Part shown: one piece after another, positions 24,286 through 36,453 of the stretch
How positions within the stretch are numbered: the first letter of the stretch is position 1
Layout of the letters: each line of letters starts with the position of its first letter
NCBI GenBank assembly: GCA_000091205.1
Contig: AP006486.2
From: Cyanidioschyzon merolae
Taxonomy: Eukaryota
Direction: 5' to 3' (one strand)
Length of the DNA: 64,000 nt
Made by a program: the position numbers and the translations under genes
Notes under the pieces: model-generated
Seen by the model: only the letters and a program-made list of their open reading frames with translations
Told to the model about the DNA's origin: nothing
Database searches by the model: none

Positions 24286-25514
24286 TCACAGAAGAGATTC
24301 GGATGCCGCGGGACGGCACAAGACGTCCGAGCAGCTGGTGGCGTTCGGGTATCAAGGCATTGTACACGTTACGCGTTCTTCGGGGGCATGCACAGTCGAA
24401 GCATCAGCAGCGAGCATCTCGCAAAATGCGAGTACCGTCGACAATCGTGCGAATCATGGTAGCTACCGTACCTCTCGAGTAAGCCATGTTACCAGTTCTG
24501 ACCGTTCGTTGGCGCACAACCTGCAACAGTGAGCGCTGCACTGAACTCTGGTCCAGAATCGTTCCTATCGCGAGGCAAACTAGCGCGTAGACGCTCAAAT
24601 ATAGGAGTGGCGTGCTCGTTCCGGACCTACTGTATCGTGCCGCTCGTTTACACGTCGTCCATGAATGTGCGTGCGCGAAACGCGCTTCACTGCATGTGGT
24701 TCCACTGCCATTTGCAACACCGCGACACATCCACACCGCACTTAGACCGCGTGCGGCTACACTGCCAAACCGGATCCAGCGCCCAGCTATTCGCTCTGCC
24801 GCCTTCACAACCCGTGGCTGCGCAGCGGTGTCCCGCGTCAAGTGTCAAGCCTGTCGCGCCCGACTACTGCTCGTCTAGCCCGCTCGCACCAGCGCCATCA
24901 TTCGCCTGTTTCTGTTGCTGTCTGTCTCGTTTCCCTGGACGACTGTGTTGCTTTGCGTTCATCATCGTAAAGTAGAGACTGTAGACAGACTCTCGTTCCG
25001 CCGCACTAGCTGCTGCGTTTCCGCTCAGGTTAACACGTCTGCCGGGTGGACCACGAGGAACACGTTTCCGGTGCAAACGCGCATATTCCAAGTTGCGCAG
25101 CCGCTTCTCTTCCCGCAAGTCACGCCGTTGACGCATGAAGACTGACAGTGCTGCAGTGCCCGCCGAAGGGTACGGAGCACTGGAACGCTGCCTCGTTTCC
25201 ACTGCAGTTAATTTCTTCGAAGACGAAAGGAAAGCATATGAAGAATCTTTCGAAAAAGAAAGAGGTTTGAGTGATGAGATAAACATGACGTTCGATGGGT
25301 ACTTGGGAACGCCGCAACGCCACGAAACGACACCAAACGCCTTGCAGAAGAAAAACACTGCCGTGAGTGGTATTGTAGTGACGACGAACGCGTCTTGGAC
25401 AAACCATCTCCTGCTGACGGGCAGACGCCTCGCCGCCGTTCTCGACCGGCCACCCACGACTGGTTTCAACTTTTTCTCATATAGTTCTACTTTGAGAGGT
25501 TGTCCAACAAAATT

Positions 25515-27164
25515 CTATCTCGTCCACTCTGGAAGTCTATTCTCCAGCACCGCACATCTCCTTGTATTGATAGCGGCATTAATGTCTCGGTTCACAAACT
25601 CCATCCGTTTCTTGCCATCGTCGGTTGTACTTAATAATGCGAGTAGTCCACGAACTTTCGCTCTCCTTTCCATTTGCTCCTCCGTCAACGGTCCGTGCTT
25701 TGCTATTTCCTCAGGGCTCCGCTAATACGTTTCCATCTGGACCCTCTGGAGTGTACACCCCAGTTCATGGTGTGTATACGATGTTCGGAAGTCATCTACG
25801 GGCATCGTAACGAAACGCCGTGCGCACTCCTTGCACGTTTTTGTCGTTGGAGCTGGTGTAATGCCTTTTTTCGACGCCCAGCGCCCTGCTCCGTACGCTA
25901 CTACGAGCCTCTGACTTTCATTCTCCCTCCGGGCGCTCAACTGATTGAAAAAGTTCGAGAACGCCCGCTGCTTCCCACAACAGAAATTCATACGCAAACG
26001 AGCCCACCGGGGCTTGGTGGATTCTTTCCACAGGGCATCCCAATGAGCAGCGCGAACTTCCATGAACTCCCGAAATGCTTCAAAGTCGGTTCCTCGGCTC
26101 GTCACCTCGCTCAAAGCTTCCAGGTGATCCCTCACTCCTGAATTCCATCCAACGATTTTCATCCTCGCATTCATTATACCGGATTCCCGGTAATATCTAG
26201 CTCTTGACAACCTCAGCAGACGCTTGTCTTTATGACGTCAATTGTCGTCGACACTATCTTCCGCACGCTTGGGTACAGCGATGGTTATGATATTTGTGTT
26301 TCCGGGGTCCGCGCCAACGACAAAGCCGTTATCGTGCGCTTTCTGTGTTGCACGATCCACCTCCTTCTTTTCTCGATGCTTCGCCGCGCCAACGACAAAG
26401 CCGTTATCGTGCACTTCGTGTGTCGCAGGATCCTCCTTCTTCGTACCTTCATCCTTCGCCACGGGCGGAGCTGGACGATCTGTCTTCAAGCGCCGATAGT
26501 GTACAGACATGGCTACTCCATCGCTTTCGATCATCCCAGTGAATACCTTTCGCTTGCTCACTTTCAGACGTTTGAAATCGGCGAAATTCTTCTTCCAGTG
26601 CGTCTCCCGGCTTTCGCCGGAGAACTCCTCCCTGCTGACATGGAACTCGGGACTGATCTCCCTCATGATGCCGTAAAGGACGCCTGAATCGATAGTCACG
26701 AAATGTGACCTGATGTTGCACATTGGAACCACGTTGAAGCGCTTCCCCATTAGGAAAGCCTTCCGCCTCTCCCACTCCTCATTTGTCTCCTCATTCAGCT
26801 TCATTTCCGCCTTGCGTTCCAGCTCTCCGTCCAGAAACACGAAATAGCGCAGGGCGAGGCGATAGTATCTTTCCTTATCTTTTTTCGACTCTGATATCTT
26901 GTCTGTTGGACTCAGCAGCCCCAGTGCCGCACGGTGCTCTTCTACAACCGCACGGATGACAGAAGCTTCATTCGTGCTCTCGTTTGACGCCTTGTCTCCG
27001 ACGAATTCGATCTCCTGTTCATGCTGGCGATCGTTCGTGACGCCATTGGTAATCGCCCATTTTCCTTTGCGAGCGATGCCAGGGTACAGCGCAAACACGG
27101 CGCGTATCATGAAGCGTTCGAGGTTCATAGTCAAATGGTTCTTCAGGTTCGTGATGTACTTCAT
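25515..27164 (-). pseudogene. TnpB/Fanzor-like RuvC nuclease ORF (copy 1), interrupted
   Basis: RuvC-I-like [14 protein letters not shown]; RLVVAYGAGRW block; zinc-finger TCKECARRF...HHELGC; RuvC-III NRDINAAINIRRR after an in-frame TAG. There is an extra stop after ...DSVDDN. Confidence 0.55.
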
Positions 27165-28068
27165 CGCTCCGTATGTGTAAATGCACCAGTCAATTTTGTA
27201 TCGAGTACCGTCGAAGCTCTAAAAGGGATGTTTTTCGTGGAGGGCATGCACTAGCACACTTTCCCTCGGCGCTTCCGCTGCACCAAGCATCAGCTGTCGA
27301 ATAAAGGTCTTATCGAGAAACCCGTCCGGAATCCCGACCGTTTCCACCTGCGCCACGTCGCGATACATCTCCCTCGCCATATGCATCAGTCCTGACGACG
27401 CCTTGACAATACTCTTGGAGTATGACGCAACACTGTTTTCGATAGCGTCTCGCAGCTTTTCCCTGTACGGATCCTTGATATGTTTAAGAAGACAGACTTT
27501 GACGACCTACTTGTCGCACAGTCGTCTTTCGTGCCGCCTTCGACGCAGAGCGTCCCCCTTTCAGTCCTTCTTCTCTTCCTTTTCTTCTGGACTTGGCACT
27601 GTTTTTCTGTTTTTTCTGGCAGCCAGCGACACTGGGCCTCCAGGATCGTCGACTTGCTTTTCATAACTTCCTTTTTTTGTTTTTTTGGAAAACAACGCTC
27701 CCTCCAACGCCTCTGATATAAACAGCGAGGAAAACTTGAATAAACCAAACTGAGGGTTGAAATATAACTGAACTGAAAAGTACACTCTGCTATGACTTTA
27801 ACGCAAATGCAACTTGTACTTGAGAGCAACACGCTCAAGATCGCGATCCCGTTTCCCTTCAACGGCGAGACGCGTCGCGTTAGTTGACTGCCCGATCTCC
27901 CAGATGCGCCCACCGAGCGCGATTCTTTTTTTTCATGGACAAAACGTGTGCATAGGCCAGTGCTCTCGGATTATGCGCATTTTTCTTTTCTTTCTCTTTT
28001 ATTTTGTGTTTAACTTCAGTGCGCGGTAATGTATCTATAAAGCCCCCTCCCTCCAAGTTACATTACCT

Positions 28069-28500
28069 ATGCTGATTCTCGGATATTCTGGTCGTTTCAT
28101 ACGTCCTATCGTGTGTGCCTAGTACCTGCCTTTCCATATCCGCCTTTGGACCTTAAATGCTGGAGCAGATAGTTCATCGAGCTAGAGCAGCTTTTCTATA
28201 CCCCAGAGGGCGTCGGCTCGAGGCGTGCTTCACCCGACGTAGAATCGGGTCTCGTCGTCAGTTTGTGCTCGGACAGTCTGCGGATGCAGGCCTGTATTCG
28301 CTGCACGACATGCTGGAGAAACTTGACTATTAGGATGAATCCTGGGAGACGCCTCTCTCCCTCGTGATCATGCATGGAATGCGTTGTTGTCGGTTGGCAA
28401 TGCGGGTTTGTGCTTGACGCTCACCACAGTGGGTAGGCGCAGAAAGCATACTAAACCCGTGTGCGCGTCCGATTCGCTAGACCTTCCGCTTGGAAGGTAG
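28069..28500. repeat. about 430 bp core inside the element 5' region, related to the 55.2/61.3 kb repeats; contains a conserved hairpin gaccttccgcttggaaggta
   Basis: Shares ctcggatat.ctggtcgtttc.ta, ggcgtcggctcgaggcgtg.tt.c.ccgacgt and gaccttccgc.t.gaaggta blocks with 55309-55740 and 61429-61870. Confidence 0.45.
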
Positions 28501-29708
28501 CACGTGAGTCTGTTGGCCACGAATGAGCGCTGAGGCTCCGTTAGCGGACCATCAGTTGCCAGTGCTGCACTCAAAGTGAGTGTCCGGCCTTCGACTATCA
28601 CGGTGATACCCAGCTGCTGGTGTCCTTCAAGGAGCTCGCTGCGCTCCTGCTTCCAGCGCGGGCACTGTAACAGTAAATATGTCAGCGTCTCGGGGATCTC
28701 GTTTCCACAGCAGGGACATTTTGATTCTCAGTGCAATCCCAGTGTTCCCATACGGCTTAGAGTCGGTGCTGCTAGCCAGAAGCCACCAACGCGGATTTTG
28801 GCGCGCCACTGGCTACCGCGCGCAAGTCCCGGGAGCTCCAGCGCCTCCCACCAGTACTTGCATGTTTATGCCGGGTTCTAGTTCCGGTGTAGAGTCAAGA
28901 CGGGCGTTACTGGCACGACTGGTTCCGTGTCTACGTTCCCATATTGCTTTCTGGACGGTTCGCTTGAGGCGGCGGGAGCCTTCTACATTTCGGGGAAACG
29001 ATTGGAGAGCGTGTCTTCGCCTACGGAGAGATCAGATTGCGCGCACGCTCATCGCCGCTGATTGAAATTGGCCCGTTCGCGCGTCATGACCCGTGTCGTT
29101 GACACGCGGGTCATTCTGAAGCGCGCATCGCGCCTGCGCCAGCGCCGCAGCGGCCGCAGTGCTACGTGTCCACGTATCGAGCGATCCGCATGCGTGCGGT
29201 AAACGGATCAGCACGTGCGTTCGTTCGTGCGTGACAGGGCATCGAGCGAAAACGGATCCCCGCTGAGGCCAGTAACGTCGATGCCTGAAGCAACATGTCA
29301 ATGAGCCTGGTCCGTCGATGACGTTTCGTCGGAGGTGTTGGCCTCCCCAGAGCGTCGTTGTATGCTCATGTACGGGTTGATATTGGGTTAGGTTTAGGTT
29401 CGAGGTCAAGTCAACTGTGCCTGTTATCTGGTTCGCCATTGACGGGTGGCTCGATATCGCTGAGCGGTACCCAGCGCTGTGGGCCACTGTGTGCATATAG
29501 TTGAGGTGCACTTTGGGGTCCTCGAGGTTCGGTGGAAGTTGCCTGTTTGCAACTTGTTACTTGCACACAACGATTACGCACCGTTTCGAAGGCGAAACGC
29601 CCTCGTAGCGCCACAGCGAGTACGCGCTTGTAGAACAAGTTCACGGAAAGCGTCTGCAGCCGAGTCGTCTGGTGCCTGTGCGCAGTCGGCTCCGAGTCAC
29701 AGCCACCG

Positions 29709-31586
29709 GTGTGCTGCGTTGACGCGTGCGACAACGCCGATCGCCGTCCTTCTCCGCGGCAACGACTCGCCACGCTATCGCAAGTTGTGTCGGATTTTCG
29801 TTGGAGCTTGCCCACTGGTACCGCCACCATGCAGCTACGCGAAAACGCTGCAGGCAGCGGACTACTCACAGATAATGCATGTATGGAGATCCATCGACCG
29901 GTCCCGGGTACCGCAGGGCGAGCATCGCCAACGTTTCACATCCTCGTGCCGCTAACCGATCCACGGTACGCTGACGCAGATCCGGGCGGCTCGAAGCAAA
30001 TGCGGCTGCCTCTGGTGGTCGACGAGGCGACCGCGTTGCCGACACCACCGCCAAAGTCCGCGATAACCTCGCCAGCGACCCCACATTCGCTGCAACAAGA
30101 GACCTCTGATGTCGTCGACGCCCGTTACCAAAGCGGCCCGCTGCGTCGTTCCCTGAGATTGTCACCGTCGGGCAGCCTCCACGGCGATGAGCTCCTCGAC
30201 AAGATCCTGCGGCACGCGGAATGGCTGCAGGCCTTGGGCGCCGGCGCAGTTGGCCTGGTGCTCCTGTCTCGGTGGTTTCCACAAGTTGCGATCAAAGTAT
30301 CTCTCTACGAAACCGGATTTCGAACCGCACTCTTCATGCATCCCACGCGAAGCGAGCCGGCTATGATGCGTCTACTAATGAGGACGCTCCTGGTAGGACG
30401 GGCAACGCCGCATCTTCCGGTTCTTTTCGGGGAGCGCCACGATGTGCCGTTGTCCACGCTGCGCATCCCCGAGGCCTTCTGGCGAAGCAGTACCGCCGCA
30501 ACCGAGCTTCGTCAGTGGATAGAGCGGCGTCAGAACTGCGATCCTGAGCGCTGCAGTATTCTCTGCATGGAGCGTTTCACCGGTGGAACGCTCTTTCACG
30601 CCCTCTGTCGGGGTACTGCACCGGGAATCGACATTTCGGCCGTGCGTGAGCTCACTTTTCAGATTGTGTTCACGCTTGCCGTGCTTCTGCGCTTCCATCC
30701 GAACTGGAAGCATAACGACCTCTCGCTTGCCAACGTTATGCTTCGACGGCGTGGTTCGCTCACGACTGCGTGCCTTGGCACGTGTCAGGTCTTGGTTGGT
30801 CTCGCTGGCGCCGGTGCACGGACACCAGCATCGACGCTGCAGCTGGTGCGTCCATCGAGCGCCCCAGAGGCTGGCCCTGTGCGTTACCGCCGATACGCGT
30901 TTGAAGGTCACACTTGGTATCTTGGGTTGCGCCCCGAACAACCATACGAGGCCGTGATCGCCGATTTTGATTTTGCCTGCATCGAGCCGCTCATCAGCAA
31001 CGCCAAAGTAGACTTTTTCGAGCGTCAATCCCGTTACCACTGTTATCGGATCAACAGTGAACGAGACTGGTATGGCGACATCCAAATGCTGTTAAGCAAT
31101 CTCCGTGAAGTCGTCCAGCACTTGATTCGGCGCCGCTGGGAGACGCAGCGGCCATCAGGGACCTCGGCGCTGTCGACCTCGGTGGAGCGAGGCGCTCAGG
31201 ACATGCTCTTGCCCGAGGAGCGTGATGCCATGGAGTTTTTCGAGCGTTGCGTTCATCCCAGCTGCCGCGATACAGCAGATCGCTCACTCCGCGGTCGCCT
31301 ACCGCCGAATACTGTAGATCTCGACGAGCGCTACAACCCGATCCATATGCTGCTTTTCGATCCGTATTTTGATCCATTCTTACGAACGCCAGAATGGGGT
31401 TCGGGAGCGATGCTCGAAGCATCTTACGCTTGGCCAATCGAGTGTGCAGCGAGTATCGATGCCAATGGGGCAAGCCACGTCGAGGGTGCCGGTCTGAGGA
31501 CTCATGCCTCACTTTGGAGCGCATCCTCACCGATTCGTTGTGACTGGGAGCACATCCATGGCTCCTGGGCAGCCGACGGTGCCTAG
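29709..31586 (+). CDS. protein kinase-like protein with non-canonical catalytic motifs
   Basis: Gly-loop LGAGAVGLV, VAIKV (beta3 Lys), catalytic loop HNDLSLANVML (HRD replaced by HND, Asn retained) and IADFDFACI (DFG replaced by DFD). A likely start is the internal Met at about 29829 in a gccaccATGc context. Confidence 0.45.
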   Translation: MCCVDACDNADRRPSPRQRLATLSQVVSDFRWSLPTGTATMQLRENAAGSGLLTDNACMEIHRPVPGTAGRASPTFHILVPLTDPRYADADPGGSKQMRLPLVVDEATALPTPPPKSAITSPATPHSLQQETSDVVDARYQSGPLRRSLRLSPSGSLHGDELLDKILRHAEWLQALGAGAVGLVLLSRWFPQVAIKVSLYETGFRTALFMHPTRSEPAMMRLLMRTLLVGRATPHLPVLFGERHDVPLSTLRIPEAFWRSSTAATELRQWIERRQNCDPERCSILCMERFTGGTLFHALCRGTAPGIDISAVRELTFQIVFTLAVLLRFHPNWKHNDLSLANVMLRRRGSLTTACLGTCQVLVGLAGAGARTPASTLQLVRPSSAPEAGPVRYRRYAFEGHTWYLGLRPEQPYEAVIADFDFACIEPLISNAKVDFFERQSRYHCYRINSERDWYGDIQMLLSNLREVVQHLIRRRWETQRPSGTSALSTSVERGAQDMLLPEERDAMEFFERCVHPSCRDTADRSLRGRLPPNTVDLDERYNPIHMLLFDPYFDPFLRTPEWGSGAMLEASYAWPIECAASIDANGASHVEGAGLRTHASLWSASSPIRCDWEHIHGSWAADGA

Positions 31587-32338
31587 CGCGCGAGCCCCCG
31601 TCTCGCACGTCAATGCAACAAATCAGCTGCAAGGCGAGTTTGCTTGGCGCCGGACTGGGCGATATGCGCTGACGCAAGAGTTCTGTGCTACGGGCAGGGG
31701 TTTTGTGTCATCGATTGCATATCGCAAGTGTATGCTCCTGGGGGAACGCACAGAGCATCCTCGTCGCCGTCCTCGCGGGTGCTTCTCCAGGAGACATCGC
31801 CTCCATTAACCGCCTTGATCCTCAGCGACAGGAGTCGTCGTCGTCGTGGCGTTCATATCAGTGCAACCTGATTGTATCGCGTTTGAGCGAGCGCTCTCTG
31901 GAATACGCGCGTTCTTGACGCGTCCATGACCAGGGACAGCCCCAGACACGCGTTGCCTCAAAAGATGGTATGGGCGAGCATAAGCCTCTGGCGGCTTTTC
32001 CGTGCTATTTGATCAACAAGTCCAGTATTTGAGCTCTATTTGCGCAAACGGTGTCAGTTACCAGACGATAAACGCAACCTCTGCAGTGCAGGCTTCCATT
32101 TCTCACGACTAGTGCAACCACCTCCATCACCAGCACCACCAGCATCACCACCAGCAGCAGTAGCAGCAGCGGTAGCCGCAGCACGACCACGTCCAGAACA
32201 ACGTGTGGTCTGCGAGCGTACGCCAAGTGGGTGGCTTTTCCCTCTTGTGCAGTTTTTGGAGCTCCAGCTCCACGAACATTTCTACGCGAACAGGTTCCGT
32301 TCGTCGAAGCTACGGAGCAGTAGCGACACAGCTCACCT

Positions 32339-32641
32339 TCAAAGGTTTAGATAGTTTGCGACGCTGAGCAACTGCAGTGACTTCTCCTCCGGTACCGGGA
32401 AGCGCGGCAACTCTGTCCCATACCAGTTGCACTCACACTGTCGGTAATAGTAGACGTAGTCTAGACACCATTCGAGCAGCTCCTCCTCGATATCGTTGAA
32501 AGTTATGCAGCGCTCACGCTCTTCGCGAAACCCTGACTCCAGCATAGAGCGTAGCGTCTCGGAGACGGTTGCACAGTGGTAGTGCACGTAGAAGCAGCGC
32601 CCACTTGCACCGACGATTTTCACATAGTCCGTAGGTTGCAT
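32339..32641 (-). CDS. Elongin C (Skp1-like BTB/POZ fold, about 100 aa)
   Basis: YVKIVGASGRCFYVHYHCATVSETLRSMLESG...ITFNDIEEELLEWCLDYVYYYRQ...ELPRFPVPEEKSLQLLSVANYLNL aligns with human Elongin C ([33 protein letters not shown]...[23 protein letters not shown]) recalled from memory. Confidence 0.7.
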   Translation of the reverse strand: MQPTDYVKIVGASGRCFYVHYHCATVSETLRSMLESGFREERERCITFNDIEEELLEWCLDYVYYYRQCECNWYGTELPRFPVPEEKSLQLLSVANYLNL

Positions 32642-33249
32642 CCCATAAACCCGGCCGAGACCCTGCTATACGACTTTTTCGACTCGGTCCGTATTCGTCG
32701 AGCAAACCACAGCAACCACTTGGATCTGCTCGGCAACTGCGGCGACTCGGCAGCAACGCCAACCCGTTGAGAAAAGTGTGTCTAGCAAAGTTACCAGCAG
32801 CAGCTGCGTTCTTACTGCATTCGCTTCGGCATATGGATCATCCAAGTGACACCTCTGTCAGCATAAGATCGAGGAAGTCCACTTGCGTGGCCCGGTCGTA
32901 GACCACAGAGTTTTGTTGTCCTCACATGATTACCAGCACCAGCCTCAGTATTCTTCTCCAACCGATTCCTTTCCCTTCGTCTCGTCTCCGGTTTCCAATA
33001 CACCGGTCTGTAGTCTCCCCAGCTCTATTGCCGGCTGTCGGAAGATGTTGCGGGTAAGGTTCAAGTCCCGATTCCGTCGTTCCCGGCTATTGTGGACGCG
33101 CTCCATGGAGAGACGGAAGTTGCGATCTATGTTTCGGTTCCTGTTTTCATCTTGTTTGTACACAATATCAGTGGACGTTCCTCAGGGGTGACATTTGAAT
33201 GTGGTCAGATGTTCGCCTATGTCTACAGCATCTCCTGATCGTCCTCCTC

Positions 33250-33700
33250 TTGGAGGCACCTCCGTGTATCGCGTGAACGCTTGCTTCATCATCGCTCTGC
33301 ACATGCCGTTGGCTTGTTCGGTAGGCTCCGCTGGATGCGCTCCTTGGGTTCCAGGTCAGGTGCCATGCGGAAGGATGACGGGCTTCTTCTGGGCGTTCCC
33401 GTCAACGAGTATGGTGTCCGTTGCACACGCAAGCGCACGCTGTCCCATTCGATAGAAGATTTTATGAGCGCGAGGTTGTTCGTATTGAATCCAGTGCCAG
33501 ACGGCGAATGCAGGCTGAAGATCAAGTCGAGAAATCTCGACTCGTCTGGACACCCCCTTTGTACAAAGCGATGATGCGCTCTCCACGAACGGCAATTGTT
33601 GCCGCTTCGACAAGCGATACTTGTTCTCGGTAGATGGTTTTGAATCCATTATCCCTCTGTGCGCTAAGAAGCACCGGACCGACCTGCGTGTATTCCTTCT
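33250..33700 (+). repeat. dispersed repeat family B, partial copy 3
   Basis: gtcccattcgatagaagattttatgagcgcgaggttgttcg matches gttccattcgataaaggatttgtggatcgcgatgttgtccg of copy 1 (reverse complement). Confidence 0.4.
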
Positions 33701-34061
33701 ATTCCATGTTTTGTGCAGCACGGAAACCGGTCTCTCACGAAAATGGTCAGTTTTCCAGAATGAAAAGCAATACCAACGTTTCACTTGAAATCCTTCTATT
33801 CAGTGTTCAGCGGAGCAGGTAGACGAGTGCATCAGGTATTCATACGATAGCGTTTGGAGACTCGCACGCGCGCCCCATTTCCATACACCACTTCAGCTCC
33901 TTTTTGTCTCGCTTTGTGCGGACTTGCGCGAGCCAGGTACGATACCGTACCGAAAGCCGCTGTGGAAGCGTCGTATAGGACGCTCCCGGCACTGCCTTGC
34001 TAACGTCCCGAGCTCGAAGGCTGCTCGGAAGCAGGTACCTGGTACCTCCAGGCCAACGGCA

Positions 34062-34889
34062 ATGTTGGGCGTGATTGGTGGCACGTCGCTGTTCCACTCA
34101 CAGCGCTTTGCGGGCTTTGACAGACGACACGTCCATACACCATACGGGGAGGTCGTCTGCTATTGCGACAGTACAGAACCGTCTCTGGTATTCTTGCAGC
34201 GGCACCATGCGGACGCTCATCGTGGTGTTGACGCGTATACGCCTCCACACCGTATAAACCATCGTGCAAACCTGTACGCCTTAAAGCAAGTCGGCGTGGA
34301 CCGCTGTGTAGGTGTCTACAGTGTCGGATCTCTGAACCCCGCAATTCGAGTAGGGACCTGTGTGCTTACCCACGACTTTTGCTCCCTCGCGCAACTCTGT
34401 CGGGCGGAAACGTTTTATGACGAGGACATGCGAGGCCACGCAGTCATCCGCTTTGATCAGATGCTTCGCGACCGAGTTCTGACGTCGCTCAAGGATCTGT
34501 CTGCTGCTTCCCAGATTGGCGATTCGAAGACAGCAGAAACGTCGTCTAAGCAGTCGTTTGTCATGGCTTCAACGGCTTCTGCAGCAATGAGTTTCCACGA
34601 CGGTGGCGTTTACGTGCAAACCGCTGGACCCCGCTTCGAGACACCTGCCGAGGTTCGCATGCTGCGAACGTTCGGAGACGTGGTAGGTATGACTGGTGCC
34701 TCCGAGGCCGTCTGCTGTGGCGAGCTGGGAATCCCCTACATGCAAGTCTGCTTTGTCGATAACCTGGCGAATGGTCTGATCAGTGGAGCAGAACAAACGG
34801 AGATTGCTGAATTTCACGACAATGTGAAGGCTAATCTCAAACGCGTAGAGGTAATTATTGACCGAGTGATTGAGACGTTGCGACATTGA
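34062..34889 (+). CDS. S-methyl-5'-thioadenosine phosphorylase (MTAP; PNP/MTAP family)
   Basis: MLGVIGGTSL... N-terminus and ...VQTAGPRFETPAEVRMLRTFGDVVGMTGASEAVCCGELGIPYMQVCFVDNLANG... are MTAP hallmarks. Start placed at the internal Met; the track ORF begins at 33924. Stop codon is TGA. Confidence 0.8.
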   Translation: MLGVIGGTSLFHSQRFAGFDRRHVHTPYGEVVCYCDSTEPSLVFLQRHHADAHRGVDAYTPPHRINHRANLYALKQVGVDRCVGVYSVGSLNPAIRVGTCVLTHDFCSLAQLCRAETFYDEDMRGHAVIRFDQMLRDRVLTSLKDLSAASQIGDSKTAETSSKQSFVMASTASAAMSFHDGGVYVQTAGPRFETPAEVRMLRTFGDVVGMTGASEAVCCGELGIPYMQVCFVDNLANGLISGAEQTEIAEFHDNVKANLKRVEVIIDRVIETLRH

Positions 34890-36453
34890 GCGCTGTAACC
34901 TGGGCAGGGTATTGCAAGGTCTCGCGCTATCTCGCTTGAACGCCTCGTATGAGTCGTTCACCCGTAGAACGCTTTGAAATGGTGTCGAAACTGGAGCTTG
35001 TCGGATTATACGAGCGCTCCTTTTATAATGGAATGCTTGGTGCGAAAAAAGTATCAAGTGACTGCGCATTGCTGGATATTCGAGCACGATGACAAATAGA
35101 TCATGGCCGTGACAAGCGGCATTCGGACCGGCAACGCGGCAGCTGAGATTGTCTATGGCGCCGAATGCATACAGACTTGCTCTACCAGTTCTTTTAGATC
35201 GAAAGAACATGCGTTCAAGGATATTCGTTCGTTCCATTGAATTTGGGGCTCATCGACAAGTGCCCGCTCAGGCGGAAGCATTCGCAGAGGAGCCATACCT
35301 CCATGCAAACGCTTGCGAGCATGCGTACGGTTTCGTGCACGAATACATGCATACGCTCACAGAAAAACTCAGACAAATGCATATGAATACTAGCCCCGAT
35401 GCGTTGATACATGAGCATCTACCCGTGCACGTGCATACACGAACGTTCACCGCCGTGTACCTCGCTGCAGAAAAGACAAGTGCCTAACGTGCTTGATGGC
35501 GTTTGGCATCGAGGGTTCACCTCTCGGAAAGCATCGCATGCAGCCGGTGATCCGAAACGGATTCCAAAAGTCTCTGGATTCAGAGATACCAATATCAGGA
35601 AACTCTCTGTCGATCAACCGCAAGCAAGCAAGATTGTGCTTTGCAGCGTCGCTGTGCTCCATCAAGATCCATAAACATTTGCTCAACTCCATTATACCGT
35701 TGTTGTTGCATGATGCGAGACATTCACGTAGCGTATCCGCAAGCAAACGCGAGGTTTTTACAGTCTAGAACCCAGCCGGGGCATCGTTCGCGGCAATATT
35801 GGGCACTCAGGCTCCTGTGCTGACGCAGACCAGACTCTCGGTGTCGAGCTGCTACGCACACCCCGCGTATAACATAACATATGAGACAGGTACACATCTG
35901 TTTGCTCCATGCACGCCGGATGTAACCAAGGTCCCCACTGATGCGTGCTGGTCATTGGTCGTCGGGAAATCGATCACCATTACCACCATCATGATCATCA
36001 TTTTCAGCACTTGTCCGCTGGAGAATTGCTCGGCTCTTCTGTCCACGCATGCGGCAGCGTGCACTGCGCAGGGCCTGTAGAGACCATCACCCTACACGCA
36101 AATACTGAAAGCCTCGATCCCATCTTGGTCCACGCGAACGTTCTTACGTACGACCCGTGCACATGCAGGCGCCATTGTATTCACTGAATGAAACGAGTAC
36201 GAGCGGCGCGCGTGAACGCTCATCATTCCTTTCACGAAACTGGGGAAGCTGTGGACCAGGAGCCACGTCCAAGGCCAAGCGCCACCCGATTCAGTGTTTC
36301 GCATCTTGCCTCTTTCGATATCAAGCCTTGGGAAATGCGATCAGAGCGGACGCTCATCCGAACTCCACCCTTTGCAGTTCATGTCATGGGTGTGTACGTC
36401 CCGCGTCCAGAGAGATACCTCACAAACTGAAGGTGATCAGCGTGCGTCTCGCT

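Larger units (their letters stand above)
25300..29025 (-). mobile_element. Fanzor/TnpB-bearing repeat element, copy 1 (about 3.7 kb), between the Sec1-like and kinase-like genes
   Basis: About 85-95% identical to the copies at 48795-51340 and 51341-55165 across the nuclease ORF. The 1.15 kb 5' region (27870-29025) is shared with copy 3 only. Boundaries are set where inter-copy homology decays. Confidence 0.6.

Noticed and set aside
24864-25469. 201 aa minus-strand ORF spanning the element copy 1 boundary.
   Set aside because: It crosses the point where inter-copy homology ends and is low-complexity, with no recognisable domain. It is likely a chance ORF across flank and element.
27386-27913. 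175 aa ORF (and its copies at 50964-51338 and 52699-53100) upstream of the nuclease, as a second transposon protein.
   Set aside because: It is Lys/Arg/Ser low-complexity and partly overlaps the alternative-frame conserved N-terminal extension. Its conservation follows from DNA repeat identity. The in-frame 95 aa extension (VKVCLLKNIKDPYREK...) is the more plausible coding frame.
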